This document shows positions 13,660-25,972 of a DNA stretch of 64,000 nucleotides, piece after piece. The position numbers and the translations under genes were made by a program. Source of the stretch: Eledone cirrhosa (Eukaryota). The notes under the pieces were generated by a model that was not told the DNA's origin, did no database searches, and worked only from the letters and a program-made list of their open reading frames with translations. The stretch's first letter is position 1, and each line of letters opens with the position of its first letter. The stretch covers positions 276,644,001-276,708,000 of the forward strand of contig OZ024741.1 of NCBI GenBank assembly GCA_964016885.1, read 5' to 3'.

Positions 13660-16600
13660 CTCTTTGAGTCTCAGTCATTGATGTTAGTCAACTGGAAAGT
13701 TTGTTGTGATGAATATCAAGCCACTACCTGCAGCCTCAGATATTCAGGACGTATCGGAGGGTTCTTGCTGTTCCCAGCAAGCATGCCTTTTGAAGCGTTC
13801 CAAAAAGCGTGAAGCGGCCAATTTTCTTTAACCATCCCTGGAAACTTTTGGAGATAGTCCCCAGTGCGCCTATGACAATCGGGATCACTTTGACTTCATG
13901 GCAGTTCCAAATCCTTTTTACCTCCCACTTTAAGTCCTGGTATCGGTTAATTTTCTCCCTCTCCTTCTCTTGCACTCTCGTGTCGAATGGGCAGGCCACA
14001 TCCACAATCAGGCACGATCTTTTTTCTTTGTCCAAAACCACCAGGTCAGGTCTATTGTGTTCTAGTTTCTTGTCCGTCTGTATCTTAAAATCCCACAGCA
14101 CCTTCACCTGATCGTTTTCTATCACCGCCTCTGGCTTATGCTCATACCACTTCTCAGAATGTGGTAAATTGTTTACTTTGCATAGGTGCCAGTGGATCAC
14201 CCTGCCCATCACATCATGTCTCCAGCCCTTATAGTGAGTCTGGGCTAGGTGTTTACACTCGGATACAATGTGAGCCACAGTCTCCTCTCACTCTCCACAG
14301 ATCCTGCACAGTGGGCTAGCCTCCTCCTTGTAAATGTGGTGTTTCAACCACTTCGTTTTGAGGGCCTGCTCCTGCGCAGCCATTAACATTCCTTCTGTAG
14401 CCTTTTTAAGGTCTCCTCTTTTCAACCAGTTCCATGTCTGTGGATCTCTAAATTCAGTTTTCTCAAAGAAGGTACTATGAAGGGATTTTTCCTGAAGGCT
14501 GCTCTTTCTCCTTGATGTTATTTCCTCCTTGGACATCCCCTGGCTTATTGTCCCCTCCTTCAGTACAGCTCTGAGCATTGGATCCTTACTATCAGTCACG
14601 TATTTGTGTAGGTTGTTTTTCTCCATCTGAACACAGTCCTCTATGCTGATAAGACCTCTTCTCCCTCAGATCTCCTTAAGTAGAGTCTATCGACATCACC
14701 CCTCTTGTGGAACATATTGTAGATAGTCAATAGCTTCCTAATCTTCCTATCCATTTCTTTTTGTTTAGCAACATTCCATCTCAGAATTCCCGCACTGTAC
14801 CTAATAATAGACACAGCTCGGGAATTTACTGCACTTATGGCATTCCTACTGTTCAGATGTGACTTTAATACGCTCCTTACTCTCCGAAGGTATTCAGTTC
14901 TTATCAATTCCTTCATTTTTTTGTTCTTGATGTCATCAGCCTCCAGAACGCCCAAATACTTGTATCCTTCTTCAGAGTCAATTTCTTTTATCATCTCACC
15001 TGTTGTTATCTGGATTCCGTTACTTCTGCTCAACTTACCCCTCCTCATCACAATGACTCCACACTTACTAATACCAAATTGCATACATATATCATTGCTG
15101 AAAATACGGACAGTGTCAACAAGCACATCCAACTCCTTCTCACTCTTCCCGAAGAGCTTAAGATCGTCCATGAAGAGGAGGTGATTGATGGTAAGCCCTC
15201 CCTTTCCCAACCTATATCCTGCTCTCACTTTTCGCAGTACACTGGTCAGGGGCATCAGGACAAGGACAAACAACAGAGGGGACAGACTATCTCCCTGGAA
15301 GATACCTCTCTTGATCTTCACGCTTCCCAAGGATTCTCCAGTTGATGTTAACTCTGTTTCCCAGGACTTCATACTTTTGCCCAACAACTGCCTGATGTTA
15401 TCTGCCACCTTGAAGATCTCCAGGCTTTTGGTGATCCAAGAATGAGGCACCATGTCAAATGCCTTTTTGTAGTCTATCCATCCCATGGCAAGACCAGTGT
15501 GTCTCCTCCTGCAATTCTCATTACCATCTTATCAATAAGTAACTGGTCCTTTGTACCACGTGACTTCTTTCGGCATCCTTTCTGTTCGTCCGGTAACAAG
15601 TTGTTTGTGTGGAGGTGATGGTAGATTTCCTCAGACATAATGCTTGTCAACAGTTTCCACATTACGGACAGACATGTGATAGGTCTATAGTTGGTAACAT
15701 CATTACCCTTGACTCGGTCTTTCATTATCAGAACTGTGGTACCTTTTGTCAACCATTCTGGTACCTCACCTAACATCAAGCAGTCATTGAACATGGTTGT
15801 CAGTTTCGGGTGGAGGGATGTTATGTTTTTAATCCAATACCCCTGCACACCATCTGGGCCAGGTGATTTCCAGTTGGTTAGTTTTTTGGCCTGCCCCTTA
15901 AGAATTTCAACTGTGATACTCAAATCAGTTTGTTGGCGTGCCTGTTCACTGATCTCCTTTTGTACTGTCTCAATCCACACTGCCTGGTCATTATGTTTAA
16001 CGTCCTGCTCCCATATTCCTCTCCAGAATGTTTTAGTTTGTTCCGCCTCAGGGATCAAGTCGTTGCCTCTTTCTTTCCCTTCAAGCTGTCCAAACAGCAT
16101 CTTCTGGTTGTTGTCGAACATGCGGTTCTGTCTATACTGGCTGACTCTGTTCTCGTATCGCCTGATTTTTGCACTTTTTGCTACAATGCGTTGCTTCAGT
16201 TCCTCTATGATAATATTTAGCTTTTTCCTCCTAGTTTTGTACTTTATTTCCAGTCTATTTTTAGTGTCTATGTTTTTTAGTGTCCCATTCAGTAGGGACT
16301 CAAGCTTTCCAATGTCATTTCTCATTTCCCTGATTTGACCACTCAGTCGTTTCTTCCACCAAGGCTCTGCTCTTTCTTGTCTGTTGTTTCCTCTCGCTTT
16401 TATACCAAGTAGTTTCCTCACCGTATTTGCTGCTGCTTTGAGGATATTGTTGCACTGGTGAAGGCTCCTCGCCTCAAGGTATGGGATGACTTTGTTTACC
16501 TTAGCTGTTGTTTCTTTTAACTTTTTCCTGTCTACAAATCTTAGGTTCATAGGTCTCCCACTATCATTATTCAATTCATCTACCACTAAGTTTAGGATAT

Positions 16601-17283
16601 CTACCAAATCTTGTCCTAGCCCGTCAGCATTCATCTTCTCAGTGGCCGTATCTCTGTTCCAGGTATTATTTATCTCAGCATTCAGATCATTGTCTGTTTC
16701 GAGTGGTTCCTCCGTTCTCTCGATCTCTTCACCTTCATTTCCCACTGGCTCGTTTGCCTGGCATACTCCACCCTCCATCTCCAAGCTAATCTCTCTGCCC
16801 AGTTCCTCCAGTTCCAGCTCGCTTATCCACCTATTAGTTCTTATTACCCGAGCCTGCCCGGCCAGTTTTTGTTCATCTAATTTAAATGGACCAATCTCGT
16901 TCCAGATGTTATGCATCCTTTTCCTATAGCCTTTCTCCTTGGGGTTACTCTTCAGGTAACATAGCATAACAGTTCTATTCAATTCTTTCGTCCAGTTGGT
17001 TCTGGTCCCTTTCCTTCTTCTTCTTCCTCCGACACCAGCAGTATTTGGTTGACAGCCAGGTCCCTGCTGCTGAGCCAGGGAGCACCTGTTGGGTGAGAGT
17101 CTGTCACATGACATTCTAGTCTCCATTTCACCGTTATTCGAACTGTTTAGGTTCGACATTTAAACACTCTTATCGATGATTGGCGAATGTATGGTTACAT
17201 AACCACCGGTGAATTACTTGTCTCCGGTGGTTTCGTCACTCCACGTGGCTTGTGTGTGGCATTATCACGCTGTAGACGAACCC
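13660..17283 (-). mobile_element. R4/Dong-clade non-LTR retrotransposon, near full length
   Basis: Single broken ORF 17159->13736: NYRPITCL, IDYKKAFD, GIFQGDSLSPL, FMDDLKL, CRICGE..HIVSEC, RHD, WDFKIQTD..HNRPD..DVACP (restriction-like endonuclease); 3' end followed by (TAA)n, the known Dong target. Confidence 0.9.
13736..17159 (-). pseudogene. R4/Dong RT-RLE ORF with about 3 frameshifts
   Basis: ORF pieces 15474-17159, 14641-15486, 14288-14626 and 13736-14278 are collinear. Confidence 0.88.
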
Positions 17284-17709
17284 AAACAAACAAACAAACA
17301 AACAGGCAGAAAAACCCCCAAAATGAATAAGCATAAGTTTCATTGTAATGTAGTGTTTGAATGTCTGACTTAGTTTTCCCTTCCCTTCTCTGTCCGTCCG
17401 TTTGTTTTTCTCTTCATTTTTATTTCCTTTACGTTTTTCGTTGTTGCTGTGCTGCTTTGATTTTTATTTTTGTTGTTTTTTTTTTATTTTGACCGGGTCA
17501 TCAATTCAGTCTATTTATATATTTTCATGTTTTCCTCTTTTAGTGGGAATTCTACAATGTAGCAGCGAATAGGAGAGAATAGCGGCGGTAGTGATACTGA
17601 GGCAGCGGCGGCGGAGGTGGTGGCGGTGCTGTGCTAGCAGCAACTAGCAGGCGGTAGTGGGAGGGAATAGCGGCGGTAGCGATAGTGAGGAAGTGGTGGT
17701 GGTGATGAG

Positions 17710-17742
<33 letters not shown>

Positions 17743-17942
17743 GGCGACCTACGTAGTAAATTCGTGAGCTCCGCAAAGGTTTGTTATTTCCGTTTGTTAA
17801 AAATTGTCATTTATGGAAAATTTTATTGTTAACTGTTTATAAGCGCACATACATTGTTTTCCGAAAAGGACACCCAAAAAGATTGGGGCCTTGTGCCCAA
17901 AATTTAAACTTTTATTATTATCAAAAAATTTCTTTGAAAAAA

Positions 17943-19903
17943 ATGGCTAATTCACCTCTGCACGAAGCAGCTGAAAGCCTTCCTCACAAATTAACACCTC
18001 ACACCGACACCACCATTGTAAATGTTACTACGTTTGCCAACACAAAACAAAAATATAAGCACTAGCAATATTTTAAATTTGTCTCAGGCAGACATTCATT
18101 TCCCGCCATTACCAATGACTGCAGGTGTTAAAGCCTCCACCACCACCACCACCACCGCGACAACAGAAACAAAAGAAGAAAAGAATAAATTAACTCGTGA
18201 TGTCGAAATGAAATCAAGCAAAATGGACTCTTCCCCACCAAAGACGACTGACGTCACCACAACCACAACTGAAACTAAAATTAATATTAACGATAGCAAC
18301 AACAACAACAATGACATTATAAAAAAACCCCTCAGTTTCGCCATCGTAGCAAAACAGTTCGAAGCATTTACGGTAACTCAGGAGGATTTAGAAAATGCCA
18401 AACAAATGGTAAAGAAAGATGGGTACAGGGTCAGCGTCACCCCCCCACCTAATAAAATGGAGCATCGGCGCCTATGCACCGTGTCGTATAGAACAATAAA
18501 TGTAAAATCGCGCCGAGTGGAACGGGCATCCGAGTCCCAAATCCAAAAAGCTTTGGGACATGTGTGGGCAAGAAAAACCCACATCAGACGTGGGCAAAAG
18601 TATGGAACCGTGGACGTGTTCTTTGAAACACCAGAGGAGGCTAGAGAACACTCCATGGCCCCATTAAGAAGTGACGACTTCACACTCGTCCCAAGCTATT
18701 GTGGCCAGAGACTCGTAAAGATCAGGGTGACACACGTTCCACCGGCCATCGAAATTCCCTGGCTAATAGCGGCCGTCCTCGCCGGCATCGAAGCCAACAC
18801 GAAAATAATAGCAATAGCAAAAGAAAAGCAGGAGAACTGGTCCGGATCTGGGATGGAGCTCCTGATCCAAGCGGACCAAAAAAGCATTGAGGAGATCCCA
18901 GAGGTAATAGACTTCACTGACGGCAGCCACCTCACGGTAATTGTCGAGGGCAGAAGACCTAGGTGTGTCGTTTGTGGTGAAGGAACCCACCTAAGGGCTT
19001 TCTGCCCTCAGGCTAAAAGGTTGAGGCCACCTCTCCTACCCACCCCAGTGACACAACCATCAACACCACCAGTAGCAGAGATGGCAGCAACAACTGTAGC
19101 AGCAACAACAGAAGCAACTATAACAGCAACAACCCCAGCAACAGTAGCAAAACCAACACCACCACCACCACCAGCAAAACCAACACCACCACCACCCAAC
19201 GCTTCAGAACTAGCACCAGCGCCTATACCATCCACCACGCCACAACCAAAACTAACGGCTGTGGAGGATTTTCCACTCCCCGGCCTATCACAACTGGAGA
19301 AAGATTGTGACGACGAGGAGTGGGAAACGATATCCGGAAAAAAAAAGAAACCAAAAAAGAAAAAATTCTCTTCCTTCCCCCTCCAAAAACAAAATACAGA
19401 GGGAAACAAATAAATTAAGAAACAAAAAAGTTAGGACAGATATGCCACCATCCACACCAGCATCACCAACCCCATCAACCCAAACACCAACACCATCACC
19501 ATCATTAACCCCAACACCACCATCACCTACACCACAAAAGTCACCAAAATGCGAAACAGAAACAAACCCACAACAAACGCAAACAAAACAAAACAACCAA
19601 AACGATACACACTACACAGCATTAAATTTGAACAACAAGCAATTATTACACTACATCCAACACAACACCAGCATCACAGAAAAAGACTACACAACAACCC
19701 CAAAATTCACACCACCTCCACACATACAAATCACTCGCATCACACAGAAAACGTACATGACACTAAAACAAAAATTCCCCAAAGACATCGGAGACTTCCG
19801 ACAAGCACTCTCCAGGAGGATTTATAAGGACATCCTTCCTGAGGAGGCCACAAGCAGTGAAAAGGATGGAAAAACCGTCCTTCCCCTACGAGAAGTAAGG
19901 TAA
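17943..19903 (+). pseudogene. Tx1 ORF1 (nucleic-acid-binding protein with CCHC knuckle, Pro/Thr-rich tail), frameshifted
   Basis: CVVCGEGTHLRAFC knuckle; pieces 17943-18065, 18022-19413 and 19307-19903; one break lies in an A-run near 19340. Confidence 0.8.
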
Positions 19904-19937
19904 GTGGTCTTTCCCATCTGTTCCACTCCTTTTCAAC

Positions 19938-22900
19938 ATGACCTCACTCAGAATAGGCAGCATAAATGCGCGTGGCTTGGGGTCGTCATGGAAGCAGGGC
20001 CACCTGCTCAACAACCTCAGGTCACTAAACATAGATGTAGTGGCCATCAGCGAGACCAGAATCTCCGAAGCACAGGCTTTCGCACCGATCTTCGGCGGCT
20101 ACGATGCGTACGCATCTCCCAGCCGTCCGGGATCGGGGGGAGGAGTTGCTGTGCTTTTTCGGAGAGGTTTGGATCTTGCCATACGGGCCATCTTCCTGGA
20201 CCCAGAAGGTAAGTTGGTGGTGCTGGACGTGACCAGCGGAGACGGGCAAGCTTTCAGGTTAGTGGCCGTCTATGCCCCGACAGGAGCAGGGCGGCCTGAT
20301 TTCTTCCGGCGTCTGGAGACCTTTCTTGGAACGTCCCGCTCTTTAGTGTTAGTGGGCGACTGGAACGGGATCTTAGATGCACGCTGGGATTGTGTGGGAT
20401 TAGTGGATAGGCGTGGAGGGTGCAAGAGTCTCACCAACCTGCTCAGACGTTTTGAACTGTCTGACAGGTACCGAATGGATTTCCCGAATGTACCAATGTG
20501 GACTTGGACAAATCGCATAGGGTCATCCAGATCATATCTAGATAGAGTATTTTGTAGGGAAATAGATAGGTCAAGCATAGGCTGTCCACAATTCAAGATA
20601 GTCAGCTACACGGACCACAAATTCGTGATCTGTGTGCTTGACTTCGATAGGCTTCATAGACGAGGACCCGACTACTGGAAGCTAAACGCGTCCTTACCAG
20701 CGCGCAAGGCCTACAGAGACCGGATTAGCGAACTAGTTAAGCGGGCGTTGACGGGGGCCATCGTCAACAACAAGTGGTGGTTTGCTCTGAAAAGAGCAAT
20801 TAGAATAGAGTCCATTAGGTTTAGTAAGACTTTAGCAATAGAGAAAAATAGAGCAGAGGGAGAATTAGTTAGAAAATTAGATGAGGCGCTTAGCAAAGGC
20901 ATCGCGACCGACGTACTTGCGGCGAAATTGGCCCTTGACCAATTCTTCGATGCAAAGCACGAAGGCTGCGTTGTCAGAGCTAGGGTGCGTGCTCTCAGAC
21001 TCGAGGGGACGAAAGCCGTTCAATGGGCCCGAGTGGCGGAGGCGCGTCGTGGCAACAAAGCCACGATCCGGTCTTTGGTGGACCACGACGGGCGCATGCT
21101 ACTCGATCCCGGGCAAATGTGTGAAGCTTTTCAGCGACACTTCGCTCAACTGTTCGGGGGCAGTGGCGGGCCGGATCGAGGGATGGACTTTAGTGTCTAC
21201 CTCGACGGATTGCCGCGGCTTTCGGCCACTGAGGCGGAGTGTTGCGAAAAGCCGATAACAACCGCTGAAGTACGGGATGCAATGACTAGTTGCACAAGGG
21301 GTAAATCGCCTGGTTTAGATGGTCTGCCCTATGAACTTTACGTACAAATGCCAAACTTGTTCGGAGGCCTCTTGGCGAACGTCTACTGCAACTGGCAACA
21401 GAACGGAAGAATTCCCAGCTCTGTGAGCCGAGGAGCGGTGGCACTGCTGAGAAAGGATCCGAACAACGGGGATAACAGATAATTTCCGGCCCATAACTCT
21501 GCTAAACACAGAGTTCAAGATTTTGGCCAAGGTGCTAGCAAAGAGGTTGGCGCTTGTCGTTGGTGGTCTGGTGGGAGAGGCGCAGACATGCGCCATTCCC
21601 GACAGATCCATCCACGACAACCTCCACCTCATGCGATACATCGTAGAGAGGGTAGCTAGGGAACCTGGCACGGGTAGGTCTTTGATCAATTTAGATCAGT
21701 CGAAAGCTTTCGATAGGGTCGACCATCGTTATATGGCGGCAGTCCTGAGGGCGGCTGGCTTTGGGCCCGTCTTCAGAGGCTGGATCGCTGCCATGCACAG
21801 CGACATCTGCTCTGTAGTGAGAGTGAACGGTCACCTTTCGGAACCGTTCAACATCATGCGCTCGGTCCGCCAAGGATGTCCCCTCTCGTCCCTATTGTAC
21901 GTATTGACTCTCGAGCCATTACTGCACAAACTGGAGACGTTGAGGGGGGTCCCGCGCGAACTAGGATGCGGAAGATCCGTGTCAGCATATGCGGACGATG
22001 TCACCGTAGTGGTGTCGAACGCCAAACACATCGAGGCGATCGGCACTACACTAAGAGAATACGAAGCGGTCACAGGAGCAATGATCAACCAGGAAAAGTC
22101 AGTGGGCCTGCAGCTCGGCACCTGGAGAGGCAGGTCCATGCCGTCCAATAGCGTCGTCGGGCGCTGGACGGACGGACCGGTTAAATTGCTAGGGGTCTGG
22201 TTCGGTCCAGACCTCCAGACGGACAAAAACTGGGACGAGGTGACGAGCAGGGTGGCTTCTCTCACCCAGAAATGGGCCGAGAGGAAGCTATCCCTGAAAG
22301 GTCGAGCGGCGGTGGCTAACGCGTACATCGCGTCCGTCATCTACTACCTCCTGACCGTCGTACCTTGTCCTAAGCCCCGCCTGACTGCGCTGGAGCGTTT
22401 GCTCTTTCGCTTCTTGTGGAAGGGACGCGCTCCGATGGTCAGGCGGTCCATCTGCTGTCAACACCCGCTACGTGGAGGGCTGGGCATGCCGTGGCTGATG
22501 ATCCGCAGACACGCGCTCAGGCTACGACATCTCCACCTCTTCCTCGACGGTGATCAGGTGTGGTCGCCATTTGCTAGACACGTTTTTGCCCAGCTCGTCT
22601 CCTTGACGGAGCTGCAGTCCTGGGTCAAGCGAAGACCGAGAGGGAGCGCTTGGAGACTGGAATGTCTTCAGGCGCTCACAGCCCTCGACCAATCGGGCAA
22701 TGTGATCGGTAGAAACTCCACCTTGGCGTTCTATAGGGGATTAGTGTAGGGGAAGAGCGCCGACGTACTTGGAGAAACTCTAGGCGTCGACGAAAATCAA
22801 CTAGCCAATCTCTTCGGAAGGACTTTCGGGCCGGGGCCTATGGACAACTTCCAGAAATCCCTGGCCTGGCAGTGCTACCGGGGTGTTTTGCCAGTTCGGG

Positions 22901-23355
22901 ATAAACTTTACAGGCATGGAGGTGCCGTCAGCCGGGCATGTCCGAGATGCGCACAGGGCGACGAAACCGTCCTGCACGCACTCGTCCAGTGTCCGAGCAT
23001 TGCTGACTTGTGGGTTTATGTCGAACACCTGCTGTCACGTGTAGGACGGATCCAGCTATCAGCTGAGTCCATCGTGAGGATTTCCCCGCCCTCTTCCTTT
23101 AGCCGGGAAGGGCAGGCAGTTTTTATCTGTCTGGTGGCCATGGCGAAAGAGATAGTATGGTGGACACGTTTGAAAGGGCTGAAGACGAGCACTTACCTCT
23201 TCGGTGATGCCCTGATTAACTTTTTCAAATTTCATCTGAAAAGGAAAATCAGGGTAAAGAGGGAAGTGCTCTCTTCCCAGCATTTTGTTGAAAGATGGGT
23301 GAGAGAAGCAAGTATGGCCCGAATGAATGGGCCTTCTCTGAGTATGTGTCTGTAA
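19938..23355 (+). pseudogene. Tx1 ORF2 (APE endonuclease + RT + C-terminal Cys/His), disrupted
   Basis: SINARG, ISET, VYAP, GDWN, SYLD, TDH; RT RQGCPLS, YADD; frameshift near 21478, stop at 22747. Confidence 0.92.
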
Positions 23356-23597
23356 ATTAAAGGTGGAAAACTGGGAGAGGGCACTTGCCCTGGTGGTCAG
23401 GGCCACTGTGGTCTTTTAATGGGCTTTCTCCACAAATGTCCCTCGGAAGTCTCCCCCCTATTGGGGAATTTTTCTTTGTTATTTTATTTCATCCTGTTTT
23501 TTTTTACACGCAGAAATGCCCATTTGTACCGTCCTGTATTGTCCTGTACTGTCCTTAATGTCTACTTTATGTAAACCCTTGTGGTTAATAAAGAAAA

Positions 23598-23646
<49 letters not shown>

Positions 23647-23864
23647 GAATGCTATGGTTGACGGAGGCTCGGCTCTGTAAGGTATTGTAAATTTTGAACA
23701 CTATAACAATTGTAAATTGTTTAAAACTTTAACGAACTTATAGACAAAAACACCCTCCTCCTCGTGAGAGGGGTCTTTCTGCCCGTTATTTGGCCCTTCG
23801 GGGTTAAATAACTGCTTATTGGGGTTTTGTACCCAATATATATTTTAAACAAAAAAACAACAAC

Positions 23865-25972
23865 ATGGCTACGAAAAAGAAATTTCATAGGTCACTCCCA
23901 CTCATTCCGTCTTCTTCCTCAATCATCACTACAGCAGAGAGAAGATTGTCTCTCTCCCTCCCTTCTTTAAATGTGTCTCTCTCCCTCCCTTCTCTTTCGC
24001 AAGCGACGAAAGAAAAGAAAAGTCTCGTGCAAAGCGTGCAAGGTTTCTCCACAATGACGACGACAGCAAAGAAACAGGTGTGCGGGAAATACAAAAACCC
24101 AGTTCATTCGTCTGACGTCAGGAATAATAGCAGTAGCAGCCGTAATAACAACAGCAACAGTGACAATGAAAACAACAGTAGCAGCCGCAACAGCATCACC
24201 AGCAGCATAAACAACAACAGCATTAGCAGCAGCAACACCAACAACAACCACAGCAACAGCGGCGGAGGCAGTAGTCGTAGTACCTGCAGCAACAACAAAA
24301 GTAACAGCAGCTCTGACGACAACAACAACAACAGCAGCAAAGAAAAACCAATCTCATTTGCAGGTATTGCGAAAAACTTGGAAACAATCCTCATAACAAA
24401 TGAGGAATTAGAGGAAGCGAAGAAGATGGTGACAAAGACTGGACACCGAGCAATCTGCAAGGCAGCGGAAACATTTTTCGAAACCCAACAGCACTGTACG
24501 GTCACGTACCGTACAGTAAGTACAAAATCCCGTAGGGTGGAAAGAGCCACAGAGGCTCAAATACAAAAAGCCTTGGGGTTTGTGTGGCAGCGGAAAACGC
24601 ACATCACCCGAGGCAAAAAATATGCCACCGTAGACGTACTTTTTGCCACACCCCAGGAGGCAAAGGCCCAATCCGTAGTGACCCTAAGGAGCGAGGAAAT
24701 GGTGTTGGTGCCCTCCTACTGCGGGCAAAAATTGTGAGGGTCAAACTGACCCACGTCCCCCCCGGGATGGCCCCTTCTTGGCTGGCCGCGTCTGTCCTCG
24801 TCGGAATCGAGGACAAAACAACTGTACTGCAAGTACAGAAAAAAGTAAGAGAAGATTGGGTCGGCACCTCCATTGAGATGCTAATCCAAACCAACCAGGA
24901 GTGCATCGAAGCTATCCCGGATGTGATAGACTTCGATAACGGCACTCAACTGCCCATAAGTGTTGAGGGAAAACGCCCGAAATGCTTTCGCTGTGGATCG
25001 AAGACTCACCTCAGGGCCTTCTGCAACGAGAAGACCCTGAGAAAGGAGAAAACCCCCCTCCTTCCAAAACCAGCTCCACGGCTACCAGCAACAGGATAAG
25101 CGGCAACCAGGAACGATAGGTCCGTGGCACCCATACCCACGCCACGGAAATCAAAAACAGCTGCAGCAGTGGAAATATTAACAACAACAACAGCAATACC
25201 AAATGCAGCTGCAACAGAGACTCCAGTGCAAACATCACCAACAACAACAAGTGAAAGAGTGGAGCTGGTACCCCTCCCCGACCTCACAGAATCAGACATG
25301 GAGTGTGAGGTGGGAGAGAGATGGCAAAAAGTCGTAAGAAGGCACAAACGCAGAAGCAGCGCATCGTCGCCTTTGAAAAGGGAGGAAAGAAATGAGAAAA
25401 GGGTAAAGTCTACTGCAAAGAGACCCACAGCAGCAACACCACCAACACCATCACCACCCACACTAGCACCACCATCACCACCGGCGACAACCCCACCGCC
25501 AACAACACCTTCAACACCACCACCACAAGCATCAACATCGCAAACACAACAACAAAACACACACACCCAGCAACAACGACAAGAAAATAGCAGAACCACA
25601 CCCCACCCCCAGAAAAACAAATGCACGGCAATAAATACACACAACAAGAAACTAATGACTTACATAATTGAACACACAGACATTTCACAACAGGACTACA
25701 TAATACCAGTACCAATCAAAACGCCAACTTACATAAGACTGCTAAAAATAGCACAGAAACAATACACAAACATTAAAACGAAATTCCCCAACGCAGTTGG
25801 TGATTTCAGGGACCTAGGAGGAACTATCAATCGAAGAGTATATTCAGACATTCTCATAGAAGAGCCGACGACCAGCCGAAGGGACGATTCAACGGTCCCT
25901 TCACCAGACGATCAAGTGAAAAGGGAAGTAAAAACCATCCCTCCTCTACGAAAAGTACCTCACTCAGAATAG
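23865..25972 (+). pseudogene. Tx1 ORF1, divergent variant, frameshifted
   Basis: KPISFA, CTVTYRT..KSRRVERA.E.QIQKALG, LVPSYCGQ and CFRCGSKTHLRAFC are homologous to copy B ORF1. Confidence 0.8.

Larger units (their letters stand above)
17743..23598 (+). mobile_element. L1/Tx1-clade LINE copy B, full length, flanked by (TTA)n
   Basis: 5'UTR, ORF1, ORF2 (APE-RT-Cys/His) and 3'UTR ending AATAAAGAAAAC then (ATT)n. Confidence 0.93.

Noticed and set aside
17170-17283. HDV-like ribozyme in the Dong 5'UTR
   Set aside because: Could not assign P3/L3 or P1.1 by eye; not called as a feature.
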